From Heptranchias perlo (lineage: Eukaryota), in the NCBI RefSeq assembly GCF_035084215.1, contig NC_090325.1:96906001-96970000 (forward strand): a DNA stretch of 64,000 nucleotides. Reading direction: 5' to 3'. The notes beneath the pieces are model-generated. The model was not told the DNA's origin and did no database searches. It saw nothing but the letters and a program-made list of their open reading frames with translations. The translations under genes and the position numbers were made by a program. Positions 12,660-25,522 of the stretch are shown one piece after another. Position 1 is the first letter of the stretch. Each line of letters opens with the position of its first letter.

Positions 12660-12903
12660 TGCAAAGATGGAAAATTAGAAGTCATATTAAGACTGTAGGC
12701 ATGATTGCAATGCCAGAAAGGCAGTGTGACTGAGATAAGAGTGTCATTGTTCTGTAGTTAATATCCATTATTCCCAAAATATTATACAACATAAGCAATT
12801 TATTTGTTTTATTCTTCAATGGTGGAATAGTTCTTGCACAGAGATGCTAGACATGGGCCATTAATCTTCTGTACTCATTGTTCTATATTTTTAATTTCAG
12901 TAG

Positions 12904-12929
12904 CTGGCAAACATGACAACATTCAGGAG
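12904..12929 (+). CDS. Putative 26-nt microexon of gene A
   Basis: Long T-rich tract ...ttttaatttcagtag| and a consensus donor AG|gtaagt at 12930. Phase 0 in (LANMTTFR), phase 2 out, consistent with both neighbours. Confidence 0.65.
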
Positions 12930-13122
12930 GTAAGTATCATCAATGGGAATCCTATGATCTGCTTGTAAACAGACAGTATTCAGTTGTTCATAATTAACCT
13001 GAAGTATTCAAGGCCATACATACTTATTCATGCTAAGTTTTCAGCTGCAAATGACATGAAATTCACTTGGGGTAACCCAAAGCTGCCCAACAGTTTAAAA
13101 TCTGTTTCTCGTTATGTTCCAG

Positions 13123-13153
13123 GTTTTTCCTTTCAACTGATCTACAGGCATGA
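13123..13153 (+). CDS. Putative terminal coding exon of gene A
   Basis: Acceptor tgtttctcgttatgttccag|G. Phase 2 gives (R)FFLSTDLQA-TGA, with AATAAA about 70 nt downstream. Confidence 0.55.
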
Positions 13154-13224
13154 ATTGTTTGAACATCACACTTTTAACATATCTAGGAAGTTGTTGGTGT
13201 AAATCTACAGCCAATTGTTCAGAA

Positions 13225-13230
13225 AATAAA
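13225..13230 (+). terminator. Candidate polyadenylation signal of gene A
   Basis: AATAAA shortly after the predicted stop at 13151-13153. Confidence 0.4.
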
Positions 13231-13574
13231 GTAATGGAATATTGTGAGGGTTCTCCTGGCCTCTGCCGTAATTACAGTGGGAGATCAGTGGAACCCCACA
13301 GACTCTGCATAAATGGTCATTTCTCAGGGGGTTTCATTGATCTCCCTGAGGCTGAAGTTACAGCAGGAGACATGACATTTCAAGGCTATGGTATCAGAGA
13401 AGGCCTTGCTCCATTGCTTTACAGGAAAAGTTGAATATTAGTACTCTTAGAATGAATGTTGCAATCATGAATCTCCAGAATAATTCTCTTGTTCACCAAG
13501 GATTTCAAAAAAATATATACAAAGTTCTATTCTTTTTAATGCTTTTACCCTCTATTATATAGCTATTTTTTCCA

Positions 13575-15020
13575 CACCATCACCGCCCCTTCCTCAAAAA
13601 AAAACACCTACTGTCCTTGCAAACTATCACCTCATCTCCAACCTCCCTTTCCTCTCCAAAGTTCTTGAATGCATTGTCACCTCCCAAATCTATTCCCATC
13701 TTTCCCGTAACTCCATGTTTGAATCTCTCCAATCAAATTTCCACCCCTGCCACAGCACTGAAATGGCCCTAATAAGTCACAAGTTATATGCTCTAAACTG
13801 TGACTATGGTGCATTATCTCTCCTTGTCCTTCTCAAAATTCCTTTTGCAGCCTTTGATACAATTAATCACACCATCCTCCTTCAATGCCTCTCCTCCATT
13901 CTCCAGCTCAATGGGACTGCCCTCACTTGATTCCACTCTTGCCTATCCCATTGTAGCCAGAGCACCTTCAAAAATGGCTTCTCTTCTCACCACCATTACC
14001 TCCGGAGTCCAGCAAGCATCTATCCTTGGTCCTCTCCTCTTCCTTATCTACATGCTGCCCCTTAGTGACATTATCCGAAGGCATGGGGTTAGGTTCCATA
14101 TGTACACTGTCAACACCTCTCTTGACCACTCCACTGCCTCTGTGTTGGTAGACTGTTCCAGTCCTGGAGGTGCTGCAATTTCCTCCAGTTAAATATTGGG
14201 GAGACCGTAGCCATTGTCTTCGGCCCCAGCCAACAAACTCCGTACCCTTGGGACTAATGCCGTCCCCCTCCCGGCCACCGTCTCAGGTTGAACTATACTA
14301 TTCAATACCTGGGTGACCTATTCAACCCTGAACTGAACTTCTGACCCCATATCCTCTCCATCACGAAAACTGCCTACTTCCACCACCGTAACAACACCCG
14401 TCTCCTCCCTGCCTCAGCCCATCTGCTGCTGAAACAATCATCCATGAATTTGCCACCTCCAGACTCAATTATTCCAATGCTGTGCTGGCTGGCTTCCTAT
14501 TCTCCACCCTTCATAAACTTCAGCTCAATCAAAGCTCTTCTGCCCGTACCCTATCCCGCACCAAGTCCTGCTCACCATCACCCCAGTGCTTGCTGATCTA
14601 CCTTGGCTCCGGTCCCCCAATGTCTCAAATTAAAATTCTTATCCTCGTGTTTAAATCTCTTCAAGGCCTCCCTTTCTCTGTAACCTCCTCCAGCACAACT
14701 CTCCAAGAACTTTGCGTTCTTCCAACTCCGGCCTCTTGTGCATTGCTCTCTGCCTTCGCCTCATCATTAGCGGTTGTGCTTGCAGACCTCTCGGCACTAT
14801 GCACTGGATTTACCTCATTAAACCTCTCTGCCTTTCCTCCTTCTTCTCCTCCTTTAATATCCTCCTTAAAACCCATTTCTTTGACCAAGGTTTTAGTCAC
14901 CCCCTGTTAATATCCCCCTCTTTAGCTCTGTGTCTGTTTTTGTCTAATTACGCTTCTGTGAAACCCCTTGGGGGATTTTTTTTTACATTGAAGGCGCTAT
15001 CTAAATGTATGTTTTTGTCA
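13575..15020 (+). mobile_element. L2 LINE, 5'-truncated, decayed
   Basis: HSTEMAL, AAFDTINHTILL, GVQQASILGPLLFLIYMLPL and an L2-type 3' end. Confidence 0.9.
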
Positions 15021-16609
15021 TTTTTATTATTGTATTTTAGTCTCCACCAATGCTGCTCTGCAACTGACTGCTAAGAATATTGCGAGAGAATCTTGGATTG
15101 ATTTTCATTCTCACTTAATTCTTTTACTGTGGGGGTGTTCTTCACCTCTGCGCAGTACCCTTCCAACCCTCCTGCTCCCCTCATTAGCTGGTCTGACCAA
15201 GTCCTATGATTCTGTGGTAGAGCACATTCATCCGCAGATGCACTGCATCACTGGGCAGCCTGTTGAGATTTATTTATCTATTTTAATGAAATTTATCTGT
15301 AATAAATTTCTGTGCACAGAAGAGTGTTCCAGGATAGGTTTAAAATTACTTGGTTGGTTTACGGCTAACTTGGATTAAGGGAGCCAGTGAGCCAATGCAA
15401 CATTTTCTAATCTATCAAGCAAGGCCATTAGCTCCACCCACCCCTTTTTCCAAGTACCCCTAGAACAATGATTCATTGCTTGTTGGACAATAAACACTCA
15501 AACAGGTAGAATTTGAGTAATCAATCTGGTTCAGAAATTGAACTCTAGTTGGTGGGAAATGGTAGCATCTAATCCTCAAAACCCTTTGGAATAATATAAC
15601 TCTTATGATGGAAGGAAATCAATTAACTAACACATGCTGCAAGAAAGAACAATTGCCCATCTCTGTGAATTACATACAAGCACAACATTTGGTTTATTCA
15701 TCAATCTTCAAAACAGGTTTTAAAAACATAGATAATTGTTTAAATATATATGCAACTTTACAACTAAACTGTGGTCTAGGTGAGAGCCGTTTCCACCACA
15801 TCCAAATAAAATGAAAGTTACTTTGAATATAAGGAAAACAGTAATATAATTTTGAAAAGCTGTCTCTGATAGTAACTTTTATGTTAATATTCATATGAAA
15901 AGATGGGCATATTTTTGCAAAAGGAATTGCTCTCTCAATTATGAATGCAAGACTAGATTTAATACTCATCAAAACAGTAGGCATATTTGATATTGCCCTT
16001 TTCCACACACATCATATATAACAGAAATCGAATATATTATGCTGAAAAAATGTGGTACGATCACTGATACTCTGTAATATTGTTCTTTGGCGTTGGGCAG
16101 ACTTTTGGTGAATGTTTGATTTCTAGAGGACAACATTTGTCCAAGTTGCAGTATTTTCAGCATTATTAGTGCTGGGTGACCCTATGATATTTTTCTGTTG
16201 GCAGGACAATAAACTAACATCTTTCTATGAGGTTTGTATTTGTCTTTTAATATTACTTTGCAAATTGGGAAGAGTCAACAAACCACAAATTTTCATCTGT
16301 GTTTGATGAAGATAACAGAAAAAGTTGTAAATAAACATTAGCCCTATAGAGTGCAACATATGCAGAAGGCGTACCTACAAATTTGCAACATAACCAGAAT
16401 CAGAGATTAAAATCCAGTATTACAGTTATTGATCAAAGCCTGCTCAATTGCTTACTTAATTAATTGGATGACACTTTTAATGTCCTTGTTAAGTCACCCA
16501 CTCCTCCAAGCTAAGCTTATTTTCCAATTCTCATGTAATTAAAGGGAGAAGCAATATAACTGCAAACGTCTTTTACATTTTCATTCTGTAAAATTATTAA
16601 AATTGACAA

Positions 16610-18573
16610 ATTTGCTCTAACCTCCAACAAGTGCGAGAAGCTCATGGTCTTCTTTGTCACTAAGCTTCGGACCATCTATTCAGCTGCCTCTGCCGCATCC
16701 CTCCCTTCCCTTTGCCCACAAAGCCAAAGTTCCCTCAAAGATCCCCCCTGCCCTAGCCCTGAACCCACATCTTTCTCTAGTTTCCTATATCGCCTCATGC
16801 CCTTTCCGAGCTCAACTTTTTCACGAGACCCACCTCCTGCTCTATTCACCCTATTTGCACTAACCTGCTGGGTACCCAATTTCCCTCATGGCCTCCATGC
16901 TAGCTGATATTGTAATCAGTTCCCTCTGTACTTGTACTGTTCCTCTTCCTTTCAAATTTACCACCATCACTTCCCTCCTCAAAAAATATCTTTGCTAGCT
17001 CTGTCCTTGCAAACTACTGCCACATTTCCAAACTCCCTTTCCTCTCCAAAGTCCTTGAACTTGTCACCTCCCAAATCCATGTGCATTTTTCCCACAACTC
17101 CCTGTTTGAATCTCTCCAATCAGGTTTCCGCCCCTGCCACAGTACACAGCTCTAATCAAAGTCACAAATGGTATCCTATATGACTGTGACCATGGTAAAC
17201 TATCAATCCTCATCCTTCTTGACCTCTCTGCAGCCTTTGACGTAGTTGACTATGCAATCCTCTTCCAATGCCTCTCCTCCATTGTTCAGCTGAGTGGGAC
17301 AGCGCTCGGCTGGTTCCAATCTTACCTATCCAGTCATAGCCAGAGAATCTCCTGCAATGACTTCTCTTCTCACCCCCACACCATTACCTCTGGAGTTCCC
17401 TAAGGATCTATTCTTGGCTCCCTTCTATTTCTCATCAACAAGCAGCCCCTCAACGACATCATCCAAAGACACAATGTCAGATTCCACATGATGTGGAGAT
17501 GCCAGTGATGGACTGGGGTGGATAAATGTAAGGAATCTTACAACACCAGGTTATAGTCCAACAGTTTTATTTGAAAATCACAAGCTTTCGGAGCTTACCT
17601 CCTTCGTCACGAAGGAGGTAAGCTCCGAAAGCTTGTGATTTTCAAATAAAACTGTTGGACTATAACCTGGTGTTGCAAGATTCCACATGTACACTGATGG
17701 CACCCAGTTCGGCCTCACTACTACCTCACTCGACCCCTTCAGTCCTGGATAAGCCTCAACATCATTCGACTGACTATTGGGAAGAGCAAAGCCATTGTCT
17801 TTGGCCCTCATAACCAACTCTGTTCCTTCACCACCGATTCTATCCCCCTCACTGGCTGAACCAGACTGTTTGCAACCTCTGTGTCTTATTTAACCCTGAC
17901 TTGAGCTTCCGACCCCATATCCTCTCCATCACAAAGACCGTCAACTCTGTAACATCGCCCGTCTCGGTCCCTGCCTCAGCACATCTGCTGCTGAAGCCCT
18001 CATCCAAGCTTTTGTTACCTCTGGGCTCAACTATTCCAATGCTCCCTTGGCCAGCCTATTATCATCCACCCTCCATAAACTTGAGCTCATCCAAAACTCT
18101 GCTGCTTGTATCCTAACCCACACTAAGTCCAGCTCACCCAACAGCCCTGCGCTCGCTGACCTACATTGGCTTCCGGTCCAGCAACAACACAATTTTAAAA
18201 TTTTCATCCTTATGTTAAAATCACTCCATGGCCTTGCCCATCTCTATTTCTGTAACCTCCCCCATCCTTACAACCCTCCAAGATCTCTGCATTCCACCAA
18301 CTCTGGCCTCTTGTGCATCCTCCACTCCTTTTTCCCCACCATTGGCAGCCATGCCTTCAGCTGTCAAGGCCCTAAACTCTGGAATTCCTTCTCCACCTCT
18401 CTCTCATCCTTTAAGACCCTCCTTAAAGCTTACCTCTTTGATTACGCACACAGTTACCTGTCCTAATACCTCCTTCTTTGGCTCGGTGTAAATGTTTGAC
18501 TGATTACACTCCTGTGAAATGCTTGGAACATTTCCTATGTTAATGGCGTTATATAAATGCAAGTTGTTGTTGT
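16610..18573 (+). mobile_element. L2 LINE, decayed, with nested Penelope-like insertion
   Basis: L2 RT motifs and C-terminus LHKLELIQNSAACIL...LHWLPV...KLWNS, ending in a (ttg)n tail. Confidence 0.9.
17491..17684. mobile_element. Penelope-like element terminal repeat pair in inverted orientation (palindrome)
   Basis: 76-bp arms 17532-17607 and 17609-17684 with one mismatch and a 1-nt spacer. Contains aataaa.ctgttggactataacctggtgttg, typical of shark Penelope-like repeats. Flanked by duplicated agattccacatg. Confidence 0.85.
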
Positions 18574-18984
18574 AATGCCTCTGTCTTGTCTTGAGTTTAT
18601 AAATAGAGGATGTTGATGTGTTTGCTACGGTATATATTCCGCGTGCAAATTATGCAAATTTAGTTTTGTAAGTAGATTAAAGTCTATAGCAAATTAATCA
18701 CTGCTTACCATTCTGTCACTACCATAATTGTTGCATTAGTTACATTTTGAGAGAGAGAAATCAGTTTTGACTGTTGGATGCTATTACTACCCAAAGAAAT
18801 TAGGAATTTGGCCAATAAATCAACTTTGGCTGGTATTACTGCCAATGTACACTTACCATTGTTACTCAAAAGTGGGTGGTGATGGCTCCTGTCAACGTCT
18901 TTTAAAGAATTTAAGAACCAATTAAATTAATAATTAAAGGTGCAAAGCCTCAAATGGAACCGATCACACATTTTTGTGAAAAAA

Positions 18985-19380
18985 ATGAAATAGAAAATGC
19001 TGGAAATGCACAACAGGTCTGTTAGTACATGAAGGAGAAAGACAGGTTAGTGTTATGAGTTCTGTGGCCTCGGGTTATTGGGTTCCCTGTGTGCAGTGAA
19101 TACAGGAAAATGAGGGAGGGTGGAGCACATGTCTCTAACAGAGCCCAACCCATTTTCCATTCATTAATTTAAATGGATGGAAAGTCAGGCAGGCTCCCTT
19201 ATGGGCATCAGTTCCTTCCCCACCTGATTTTTCCTATATCCACTATGCCCAGGCAATCCAATAGGCCAAGCAGCAGGAACAGGAAAATTTACCCTTAAAA
19301 CCTTTCTCTATCAGATGTTGACTGACCTGCTGTGCATTTCCAGCACTTTCTGTTTTATTTCTACTTTAGATTCTCAACAT
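18985..19380. mobile_element. Old Penelope-like inverted repeat remnant with a palindromic MITE between the arms
   Basis: agaaaatgctggaaatgcacaacaggtc (18992) is the inverse of gacctgctgtgcatttccagcactttct (19324). The internal segment is symmetric around ttttccattc...atggatggaaa. Confidence 0.6.
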
Positions 19381-20123
19381 TCATTTTTTAAAATGATTTT
19401 AAATATTTATCAACATTTTGAAGGATAAATATGGAGTCCGACTTATAATGGGGCTTAACAACTCCAACCCATTGGAAAAGTGCTTACAAACAGAAAAGCT
19501 GTTCCTGCGACAAATAACATGATTTAAATGATACCACCTATCATTATAAATCACTGCTAGGTACTGACTAAGAAGCTTTAAAGTTGTTTAAACTATCTAT
19601 GAATTTAATAACATTGTTGTAATATAAAAAAAGATATGTGTCTTGGTACCTTTAAAGAAGCAGTGATGAAGTAAGTGATACATTATTTGTCACACAGTAG
19701 TCCACCTCTGTTACTAGCCCAGTAGAACTTCTAGAAAACTTTGAGCTACCAGCAACCATAAAAGGTCAACATTACAAAATACCTCTCCTTGTTACAGTTG
19801 TCTGTGGCTGTACACTGCTGTTATGCCACTTAGTACATAAACAAATTCTTCAGTGATCCAATGGTCATCTGGCATCAAAAATCCCTAATTGAAAGTGGGA
19901 TAGCATAGCAATGGAACATGATCATTACATGGAGACAGGAACTCAGCGAGTGGGTAGATATTCGTGTGGAAATCCCGGAAGTAATTTGAGCGTGTTGGAA
20001 TCTGTGATCGCAAATCAATTGAAGGCAGTTAATTTTATTTTCGGGTCTCGTGTCTCCAAGCTGTGCAGCAGGCGTACTACGCACCCGCATGATGCGATCT
20101 GAAGTCCACTTTTTAAAGGGCCA

Positions 20124-21975
20124 ATGCAAAAATGGATTTTGGAGGAGAAAAGAGGAAATAAAGTTATTGAAGCACATAGAGGAAAGGCAGCAGCCAGGTT
20201 CTCGGATGCATTTCTTGAAGTACCGCGGGGTGCTGTGAGAAGTAAGAGAGTGATCGGAGGAAGAAACCTGGTTCTACCACCAAAAAGGCTTAGCTGGAGG
20301 TGGTAGAAGTGGTGAACAGCAGCAGCACGGTGCCCAGGTCTTGGCTGCAGTGCAGGAAATCTTTTAATGACCTAATCAGGTCAGGAAAAGTGAGTACATT
20401 TGCTAATTCACCCACAACCTGTGTTGTGCAAAACCCTCCCACCTCTTTCACATTGTGTTGGCAAGCCTACTCCATCACATCACTCCTCACACCAACTTAA
20501 ATTTCAGCATCAACCATCCTTCACTTTCTATGTACTTCCTCACCTTCTCATTTATGCACCCACTACTCCCACTCACCCCAATCCTGATGCAATGTGATGC
20601 ATCTGTCCGATAGTCACCCTCTGATGCATCTCTTTCATTGTCAGCCTCACCCAATGCATTGCATCCATCGGCACCTTCAGTCACTCACAGATCTGTTCTT
20701 CCGTTGTAGGAGAAGAGAGTGCAAATCGTAAGGGAGGGGACAAGGACTGGAGGTGGACCACCTCAGATAGTGCAGCTAACAGATGTGGAGGAGGAGGCCA
20801 TTCAGATAAGTGGAACTGTTGCATCCCTATCCGTCAGAGATGGAGAGACTGGCAACCCACAGATGCCTGGGGACAGAACTTTAACATATTTCACACACAG
20901 GATGAATTTATTTCATCAATGACTGAACTCTGACAGACCTCACTATGGTGATTGGCAAGATTGATACTTTGTCAATGAATAATTAATATCACTTTCTGTT
21001 TTCTTCCAAGGCCTTCGCAAGTTCAAGAAGAATGTGCGGAGGTGGAAAACATCAATTCCTCAGAGGACCTCATTCCTTCTGAGGGCGCACCGTCACAGGA
21101 CATCCAGCCATGCACCACCGCAGATACTGGCACTTCGGTGGGTCCTGTTAGCCAGTTAGTTGGGTTGTCACCTGGTGATTCACCACTCACAAGTGAGCAC
21201 GAGCAGACACTGATGGCAGGAGCAGCTGTGGAGAGTCTATGTCAGAGGGCGTACTCCTCTCCAAGCTTTGCTCAGCTGGACATAGATGCTGAACCCCAGG
21301 GGACATCGTTGAGAATGAGAATGATTGAGATATAGATTCAGCTTTGCAATATACTGAAAAAAGTGCCATGTACACTCTCTACAATAGCAGAGGAGGATGG
21401 AAGTGTCCAACTCCAACACTAGTGGATTGTTAACGCAGGTAGGTGCGAGAATGTCTGCAATGGAGAGAGTGGCAGCCTCCATTGAGCTTCAAGCACGGCT
21501 CTCAAATTAGTTTATGCAGGCCATGACAACGGCCATGTTGTCTTTGGATGCCAACATGTCTGCCACCTTAAACAGGTTGACAGATATCAAATTAGTGGCC
21601 TTACAGTGTGGCACAATTGTTCACCAAGCAGCTGTCCAGCATAGTGATGGAAGTGATGTCGCGCTGGCCCAGGAGAAGGATGAAGGCGAAAGGGGACATG
21701 AAAGTGGGGACGCCACTCAAAGCACTCCCACGTTTCACCTGTTGCCCCCCCCTCAACCAGTACCCGAAATGCTGCCTCCTCTCCCGATGGCCGAGTTTGC
21801 CCCTGCACAGTTGCAGGTGGAGAATTCTTTGACGGGGCCCTCACGGGCTCCAAAACCCAGAGGTCATAGGCCAAGAGCATCTCAGCAGTCAGGGCAGGTA
21901 TTTAAGTAATCTTCCACTACTTCTGCTGAAGCTTAAGGTTGAGCAATTGTAGTTCACCAAGTGTATGGACAAGGG
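20124..21975 (+). pseudogene. Harbinger Myb/SANT-like gene, 3 exons, decayed
   Basis: Exon 1 to 20389: RGKAAARFSDAFLEV...VNSSSTVPRSWLQCRKSFNDLIRSGK|gtgagt. Exon 2 20710-20869: EKRVQIVREGTRTGGGPP, donor mutated GT>GG. Exon 3 from 21011 carries frameshifts. Confidence 0.85.
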
Positions 21976-22284
21976 TGAAGAAATGTTACATTGTTAATAT
22001 GTCTTTTTGTTTATATTGGAATATTAAATTTATTGAGTATCACCACTTCCACCTCTTGGCCATTATTACGTCCTGGGTGTAAAGTCATCCTTTCAATTGC
22101 TTCATCATGAATGCCAAGATATGACGGTAACCATTGGGTGGGTATGCAATGGGTGTATGCATGGTTGAAGGACTGTTTTGTGCAAAAGGAGTGGGACGGT
22201 TGTGGGGGGTAGGGGAGTTGGTGTTGGTGCTGGTGGCAGTTGTGACAGGCAGCCTGAATATCTCAATTTCTTTGTTTTACAACT

Positions 22285-23027
22285 CTCATCATGAGAACCT
22301 GTGAGAGACGAGAGCAACCCTGGTATCATGGGCAGCAATGTGCGCGGCTGGTCTGGCGATGGGTGCCCCACCTTCATTTTCCTCCTTCTTATCGTACTCG
22401 TCCTCCATGTCCTCTTTCCCATCTTGAAGGTTGGCGCCAGCAGAGGATGTTTGACGAGTGCCGTCGTCTTCCTCCACCTGTAAACCTCTCTGCTGCGCTA
22501 TGTTGTGCAGGACGCAGCACATCATGATTATTCTGGAGATAAGGCTCCCCCAGATCTATCCGGGCACCTAAAACGCATGCCTATGGCTTACTAATGACAC
22601 ACCTTGTAGTCATGTGGCCCTGGCTGTATGGCTGTTGTGACCTCGTTGGTGGGGTTCCTTACAGGCGTCTTGAGCCACATCTGCAGGAGGTATCCCTTGT
22701 CCCCAACCAGCAAACCCTTAATTCTATCTCCTGACTGGAAGAGGTCTGGAATGTTGGACTGGTGCAAAATGAATGAATCATAACAGCTGCCAGGGAATCT
22801 GGCACACACCTGCAGAAATCTCTTCCAGTGGTCGCACAACAGCTGTGCGTTGATGGAGTGATAGCCCTTGCCTGCTGCCACCTGCCAACTCAATCTCAGC
22901 CTGTGCAGGCACTACTCCTCAGGGATGTCCAGGAAGCTCAGCCCGTGCCTGTAGACCCTCTCACATGGTATTGCCACCTACGACGTCAGCCCCTCTGTTG
23001 GTCCCGTCTCTGCTGTTCTCCAGGTCC
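22285..23027 (-). pseudogene. Harbinger transposase, internally deleted
   Basis: KGYHSINAQLLCDH...VCARFPGSCYDSFIL...LVGDKGY and MMCCVLHNIA. Confidence 0.9.
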
Positions 23028-25522
23028 TTTTTTAAAAATTCGTTCAGGGGATGTGGGCGTCACTGGCAAGGCCAGCATTTATTGCCCATCCCTAATTACC
23101 CTTGAGAAGGTGGTGGTGAGCCGTCTTCTTGAACGGTGTGATGAAGGTTCTCCCATAGTGATGTTAGGTAGGGATTTCCAGGATTTGACACAGCGACGAT
23201 GAAGGAACGGCGATATATTTCCAAGTCGGGATGGTGTGTGACTTGGACGGGAAGGTGCAGGTGGTGTTGTTCCCACGTGCCTGATGCCCTTGTCCTTCTA
23301 GGTGGTGGAGGTCGGAGGTTTGGCAGATGCTGTCGAAGAAGCTTTAGAGAGTTGCTGCAGTGCATCCTGTGGATGGTACACACTGCAGCCACGGTGCGCC
23401 AGTGGTGAAGGGTGTGAATGTTTAGGGTGGTGGATGGGGTGCCAATCAAGCGGGCTGCTTTGTCCTGGATGGTGTCGAGCTTCTTGAGTGTTGTTGGAGC
23501 TGCACTCATCCAGGCAAGTGGAGAGTATTCCATCACACTCCTGACTTGTGCCTTGTAGATGGGGGAAAGGCTTTGGGGAGTCAGGAGTGAGTCACTCACC
23601 ACAGAATACCCAGCCTCTGACCTGCTCTTGTAGCCACAGTGTTTATGTGGCTGGTCCATTTAAATTTCTGGTCAATGGTGACCCCCAGGATGTTGATGAT
23701 GGGGGATTCGGCGATGGTAATGCCATTGAATGTCAAGGGGAGGTGGTTAGATTCTCTCTTGTTGGGGACAGTCATTGCCTGGCAGTTGTCTAGTGCAAAT
23801 GTTACTTGCCACTTATCAGCCCAAGCATGGATGTTGTCCAGGTCTTGCTGCATGCGGGCACGACTGCTTCATTATCTGAGGGGTTGTGAATGGAACTGAA
23901 CACTGTGCAATCATCAGAGAACATCCCCATTTCTGACCTTATGATGGAGGGAAGGTCGTTGAATGAAGCAGCTGAAGATGGTTGGGCCGAGGACACTGCC
24001 CTGAGGAACTCCTGCAGCAATGTTCTGGGGCTGAGATGTTTGGCCTCCAACAACCACTACCATCTTCCTTTGTGCTAGGTATGACTCCAGCCACTGGAGA
24101 GTTTTCTCCCTGATTCCCATTGACTTCAATTTTACTCAGTCAAATGCTGCCTTGATTTCAAGGGCAGTCACTCTCACCTCACCTCTGGAATTCAGCTCTT
24201 TTGACCATGTTTGGACCATCGCTGTAATGAGGTCTGGAGTCGAGTGGTCTTGGGGGAACCCAAACTGAGTATCGCTGAGCAGGTTATTGGTGAGTAAGTG
24301 CCACTTGATAGCACTGTCGACGACACCTTCCATTACTTTGCTAATGATTGAGAGTAGACTGATCGGGCGGTAATTGGCCGGATTGGATTTGTCCCGCTTT
24401 TTGTGGACAGGACACACCTGGGCAATTTTCCACATTGTCGGGTAGATGCCAGTGTTGTAGCTGTACTGGAACAGTATGGCTAGAGGCGCGGCTAGTTCTG
24501 GGGCACAAGTCTTCAGCACTACAGCTGGGATGTTGTCGGGGCCCATAGCCTTTGTTGTATCCAGTGCACTCAGCCGTTTCTTGATATCACGTGGAGTGAA
24601 TTGATTTGGCTGAAGGCTGGCTTCTGTGATGGTGGGGATATTGGGAGGAGGCCGAGATGGATCATCCACTCGGCACTTCTGGCTGAAGATGGTCGCAAAC
24701 GCTGCAGCCTTGTCTTTTGCACTCACGTGCTGGACTCCGCCATCATTGAGGATGGGGATGTTCATGGAGCCCCCTCCACCCATTAGTTGTTTAATTGTCC
24801 ACCACCATTCACGACTGGATGTGGCAGGACTGCAGAGCTTTGTTCTGATCCATTGGTTGTGGAATCGCTTCGCTCTGTCTATAGAATGTTGCTTCTGCTG
24901 TTTAGCATGCATGTAGTCCTGAGTTGTAGCTTCACCAGGTTGGCCCCTCATTTTTAGGTACGTCTGGTGCTGCTTCTGGCATGCTCTTCTACACTTCTCA
25001 TTGAAGCAGGGTTGATCCTCAGGCTTGTTGGTAATGGTAGAGTGAGGAATATGCTGGACCATGAGGTTACAGATTGTGCTGGAATATAATTCTGCTGCTG
25101 CTGATGGCCCACAGCGCCTCATGGATGCCCAGTTTTGAGCTGCTAGATCTGTTCGGAATCTACCCCATTTAGCATGGTGATAGTGCTGCACAACACATTG
25201 GATGGTGTCCTCAGTGTGAAGACGGGACTTTGTCTCCACTAGGACTGTGCGGTGGTCACTCCTACCAATACTGTCATGGACAGATGCATCTGTGACAGGT
25301 AGATTGGTGAGGACGAGGTCAAGTAGTTTTTTCCCTCGTGCTGGTTCGCTCATCACCTGGCACTATTTCCTTCAGGACTTGGCCAGCTTGGTCAGTAGTG
25401 GTGCTACTGAGCCACTCTTGGTGATGGACATTGAAGTCCCCCACCCAGAGAACATTCTGTGCCCTTGTTACCCTCAGTGCTTCCTCCAAGTGATGCTCAA
25501 CATGGAGGAGGACTGATTCATC
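23028..25522 (-). mobile_element. LINE family A copy nested in Harbinger copy 2 transposase
   Basis: 406-aa ORF 24136-25356 (LLDLVLTN...NYRPISLLS...KAAFD) plus RT fragments. The flanks ctccaggtcc / gcacctctg are contiguous in Harbinger copy 1 (~8302-8330). Confidence 0.95.
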
